Assembly: GCA_950097015.1 (NCBI GenBank) | Contig: CATNEN010000001.1 | Location: 20,832,001-20,896,000 of the forward strand | Length of the DNA: 64,000 bases | Reading direction: 5' to 3' | From: Macrostomum hystrix | Taxonomy: Eukaryota > Animalia > Platyhelminthes | In this document: positions 59,769-64,000 of the stretch, in pieces | How the letters are laid out: the number at the start of each line of letters is the position of its first letter | How positions within the stretch are numbered: position 1 is the stretch's first letter | Notes under the pieces: model-generated | What the model was told of the DNA's origin: nothing | The model's database searches: none | What the model saw: only the letters and a program-made list of their open reading frames with translations | Made by a program: the position numbers and the translations under genes

Positions 59769-60968
59769 CGGCAAACTCCGGCCCGCGGGCCAGATGCGGC
59801 CCTCGAAGCTCCCAAATCCGGCCCGTTGCCCCATCTCATCTCTCCCGTGTCTCATCTCTCCCGTGTCTCATCTCTCCCGTGTCTCATCTCTCCCGTGTCT
59901 CATCTCTCCCGTGTCTCATCTCTCCCGTGTCTCATCTCTCCCATGTCTCATCTCTCCCGTGTCTCATCTCTCCCGTGTCTCATCTCTCCCGTGTCTCATC
60001 TCTCCCGTGTCTCATCTCTCCCGTGTCTCATCTCTCCCGTGTCTCATCTCTCCCGTGTCTCATCTCTCCCGTGTCTCATCTCTCCCGTGTCTCATCTCTC
60101 CCGTGTCTCATCTCTCCCGTGTCTCATCTCTCCCGTGTCTCATCTCTCCCGTGTCTCATCTCTCCCGTGTCTCATCTCTCCCATGTCTCATCTCTCCCGT
60201 GTCTCATCTCTCCCGTGTCTTATCTCTCCCGTGTCCTATCTCTCCTGTGTCTTTTCTCTCATGTGTCTCATCGCTCTCGTGTCTCATCTCTCCAGTGTCT
60301 CATCTCTCCCGTGTCTTATCTCTCCCGTGTCCTATCTCTCCCGTGTCTTATCTCTCCCGTGTCTAATCTCTCCCCATACTGTCTTATCTCTCCCGTGTCT
60401 CATCTCTCCCGTGTCTCATCTCTCATGTGTCTAATCTCTCTCGTGTATCATCTTTCTGTGTCTCATCTCTCCCGTGTATCATCTTTCTGTGTCTCTCGTG
60501 TATCACCTTTCTGTGTCTCATCTCTCCCGTGTCTCATCTCTCCTGTGTCTCATCTCTCTCGTGTATTATCTTTCTGTGTCTCATCTCTCCCGTGTCTAAT
60601 CTCTCTCGTGTATCATCTTTCTGTGTCTCATCTCTCCCGTGTATCATCTTTCTGTGTCTCATCTCTCTCGTGTATCATCTTTCTGTGTCTCATCTCTCCC
60701 GTGTCTTATCTCTCCCGTGTCCTATCTCTCCCGTGTCTTATCTCTCCCGTGTCTAATCTCTCCCCATACTGTCTTATCTCTCCCGTGTCTCATCTCTCCC
60801 GTGTCTAATCTCTCCCGTGTATCATCTTTCTGTGTCTCATCTCTCCCGTGTCTCATCTCTCCCGTGTCTCATCTCTCCCCTATCTCATATTTATGCAGTC
60901 AATGCGGCCCGCTGTCGTCTTTTAGGTTCTCTCTTTGGCCCGCCAGCAAATAAGTTTGTCTACCCCTG
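59769..60968. mobile_element. hAT/Charlie-like MITE carrying an internal minisatellite
   Basis: Left end cggcaaactccggcccgcgggcc (TIR 5'-truncated); right end ggcccgc..aagtttgtctacccctg; multiple GGCCCG subterminal motifs as in MER58-type elements. Confidence 0.65.
59830..60885. repeat. 16-bp minisatellite (TCTCATCTCTCCCGTG)n
   Basis: Direct tandem repeat, homogeneous 5' half and degenerate 3' half. Confidence 0.95.
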
Positions 60969-62485
60969 GTTTAGGTTGTGATTTTTGAGTAGTTGATAGT
61001 TAACACTTCGTTTAACACCGCTGTTTGATTTTCATGCAAAAAATATTTTTTGCAAAAGGGCAAACTTTTTAAAGGGACAGCTAGGATGAAATATTTAATT
61101 GGTACAGCAATGCCGCTGATTTTATCTTGCAGCAGATTAGGGTAAGCTACCGCTTTGTCACCTGGCCCTTGGCTCCCATTAAGTTGAATCGCCAATTGTA
61201 CGAGCGCATTATAATGTATTTTGCGTCATTTTCTAAATTTTTTATATCATTTAGGTTTTTTGTACCCTTGTCTAGTGTTGTTCGTTATTTCGCTATTTTG
61301 TGATTTAAAAAAACTTTTGTATAATGAAAGTGTTAATCCAACATTTTAGTGTGAAGCATGATATTTTCTAAGCTTTCCAGCTTTTTTGAATAGAAACGTC
61401 AGCTTGAATGGTCAGCCGAACCGAATATTCAGTCAATGAATTAATTAAGATTGTTATATTATCTCTTTACGGCGGAAACGATTCAATCTTGAGACCAGCT
61501 GTGTTGTTTTAAAAGTGCAGTAAATTCAAAACATTGCTGCAAAATAGATCTCCTGGAAACACGAAAAGGAAAACACTGCAACGACAAAAATGCGCCAAAT
61601 GCGCTGTTTTTGGAAAGGTGAATTGTTTTTTAGCTACCTTAAGCGCTGTTTACAATTGTGATAACTTTGTGATAATCTATTTAAAGATACAAGCCTGTTG
61701 GCCTAGTGTTAGAGTAAATAGACTGTTTACTCACGTGTTGTGCGGCTAAAATTGTTGTTTCAGCAGGTCGTGTTATCTTTGAATTGCTGTCGTACATGTA
61801 TGGCGCTGATTTATGTTCGCAGTAGATCAGGATGTTTTTTGCGGAAAGTCTATTGTCCTGAATAATTTTCCATGTGCAGCCAAAGCAAATAAACATATTG
61901 AAATATCCTGGCCTTCATATGCCACAAAATTATTTTTTAGATTGTTGTTGACTCATCACAATGTGCTCATTAAAATGCGAAATGAAAGGCATTTTGAGTA
62001 AGTGAAATACGGGCCTCGGCAGCTTCGAACTTACTGCGAAAGAGGTCGGGATTTCTGTTTCAGCCCAACGGAAGCAATTTAATTATGTCATTAAGTAAGG
62101 CGCTTAAAGTTCTGTCAGCCCACCCAGCTGTAAAATGTGTACCGCATCGGGCTGGGGTCAGTCAGATTAATGGACTGGGATATTATCCTCCACCAAACCT
62201 GCTGGAGGGGCACCGCGAACAGCCGCCAATCCGGAGCGGCAGCCCCGATAACTTCTTCCCGGTAGCGAAAAGTCCTTGCAAACCAGACTCAGAAGGATAT
62301 CTCAGCCCTCATCATGACCCTCACAGGCCATGGAGCAAAACGTGCCCGAGAGAACGAGGATGCTCAACACTTTGCTCTTTCTATTGGGATAGGCTCACCC
62401 AACTGGGACCAAATCCACCCATGGATGACGCTTGTAGACTCGAGAACATCCCACGGCTCGTCCGGTTCTTCAGGGCTACCACAGG

Positions 62486-62700
62486 ATGAGAGTGGCAGAA
62501 CGGTCTAACGCGTTTGCCTACACTGCCTATGAGAAATTCGGGGCAGATGTACACACCTGTGTGAGGGTATGCCTGCGTACCGAATATGTGTGCGTTTATG
62601 CTCAGGAGTCAGCGAAGTGGGCAGAATTGCTTCCTCGCTGTCTGCGGGTCCTGTGTCACCAAAGGATGTACAATTGCTTGCAGTCCTCATGCAATAATTG
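62486..62700 (+). mobile_element. Internally deleted SINE (family A)
   Basis: gagtggcagaacggtctaacgcgtttgcct is joined directly to gggcagatgtacacacctgtgtgag...gggcagaattgc. Confidence 0.65.
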
Positions 62701-63414
62701 TAATTCAACTTTTATCGCTCCGCAATACACAGGAAGAGCAGACATCGCACACAACACACCCAAATCACTTTATTGCTTACTAATAGTAGTAAGTTAATAG
62801 CATGAAACGAATCACATGACACACAAAATATTGCTATTATTTATCGTTTCAACAAATTTGCAAAACACAAGTTGTTTTCAGATTAAATTCCGCCATGCTT
62901 TGAAGCAGCGAAGCAATCTGTGATTGGCTACACATCTTCTTACTAAATTGGCATTGTATTTGGAAGGCTGTACAACAGATTTCCTCGGTGGAAGTTCTGC
63001 CTATTGACTACTCACTCGCACAGTTTATTAAAGAACTATTCATGGATACATAAAATGGACGCTCCGCTATTTGCTTGAAACTTTTAGCATCATGGATGAT
63101 GAGTAAGAAGATAGTTGCTTTCATCGCCTGCTGCCTACCACACCTGTCCAGTCTATTGTTGCAGGGCCAGTTGCACGACTCACATTAACACCTGTCAAAA
63201 TGAATCTTTCTTTAAAGACGAAGAGAAGCATGGAGGCAGTTATTGCTGCTCTATTCTCGAGTAAGGTTAGGTGACTGGCAGGCAAAGGAGAGCTGCAACA
63301 AGAAGATGGAATTATTCAAGGTATTTAACACGCGCTACTGTATTTACTATCCGCTGAAAAGTTATAGCTAAATCTCTATAATATGAACAGATAATAGCAG
63401 AACATGATCAAATC

Positions 63415-64000
63415 TATTAAAGAGATTGGGAGGGGAGGTATTAGAAATTGGGAAGGGAGCCATTAGAGATTAGGAGGGGAGCTATTAGAGATTGGGAGGG
63501 GAGCTATTAGAGATTTGGAGGGGAGCTATTAGAGATTGGGAGGGGAGCTATTAGAGATTGGGAGGGGAGCTATTAGAGATTGGGAGGGGAGCTATTAGAG
63601 ATTTGGAGGGGAGCTATTAGAGATTGGGAGGGGAGCTATTAGAGATTAGGAGGGGAGCTATTAGAGATTGGGAGGGGAGCTATTAGAGATTGGGATGGGA
63701 GTTATTAGAGATTAGGAGGGGAGCTATTAGAGATTGGGAGGGGAGTTATTAGAGATTAGGAGGGGAGCTATTAGAGATTGGGAGGGGAGTTATTAGAGAT
63801 TGGGAGGGGAGTTATTAGAGATTGGGAGGGGAGTTATTAGAGATTAGGAGGGGAGTTATTAGAGATTGGGAGGGGAGTTATTAGAGATTGGGAGGGGAGT
63901 TATTAGAGATTGGGAGGGGAGTTATTAGAGATTGGGAGGGGAGTTATTAGAGATTGGGAGGGGAGCTATTAGAGATTGGGAGGGGAGTTATTAGAGATTG
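63415..64000. repeat. 22-23-bp G-rich minisatellite (ATTAGAGATTGGGAGGGGAGYT)n, runs off window
   Basis: Direct tandem repeat. Confidence 0.95.

Noticed and set aside
63060-63325. Start of another gene before the terminal minisatellite
   Set aside because: Only short ORFs and one possible donor; no recognisable signal peptide/EGF exon within the window.

Overview
Eukaryotic (animal) genomic DNA with spliceosomal GT-AG introns. It is rich in minisatellites, SINEs and retroelement relics, a style reminiscent of a free-living flatworm such as Macrostomum (inference only). The window holds a head-to-tail, all plus-strand cluster of five Crumbs-derived type I membrane protein genes (G1 4208-11240, G2 14042-21180, G3 29160-36989, G4 42182-46457, G5 49959-56370, the last frameshifted) plus a truncated sixth copy at 165-375. 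I assembled all gene models by hand from splice sites and reading frame. None has the canonical Crumbs layout: modules of an ancestral Crumbs (EGF arrays, the long Crumbs-signature EGF, LamG1/LamG2 versus LamG3) are partitioned and permuted among paralogs. They end in two tail classes. G1 and G2 have multi-exon, tyrosine-motif-rich tails (YxxP, an ITIM-like SEYAAV, YANM). G3-G5 have short Crumbs-like tails ending in a conserved Q[DE]MFF instead of ERLI. The distal EGF pair varies mostly at amino-acid level between near-identical copies, paralogs are mosaics of near-identical and diverged tracts, and the signal-peptide exons of G1 and G3 sit between inverted arrays of one 14-bp minisatellite. 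This looks like a diversifying cell-recognition receptor cluster built from a polarity gene (hypothesis). Also present: three solo LTRs with 4-bp TSDs, a Gypsy pol fragment nested in an RTE-like LINE, two tRNA-derived SINE families, a hAT-like MITE and many minisatellites.
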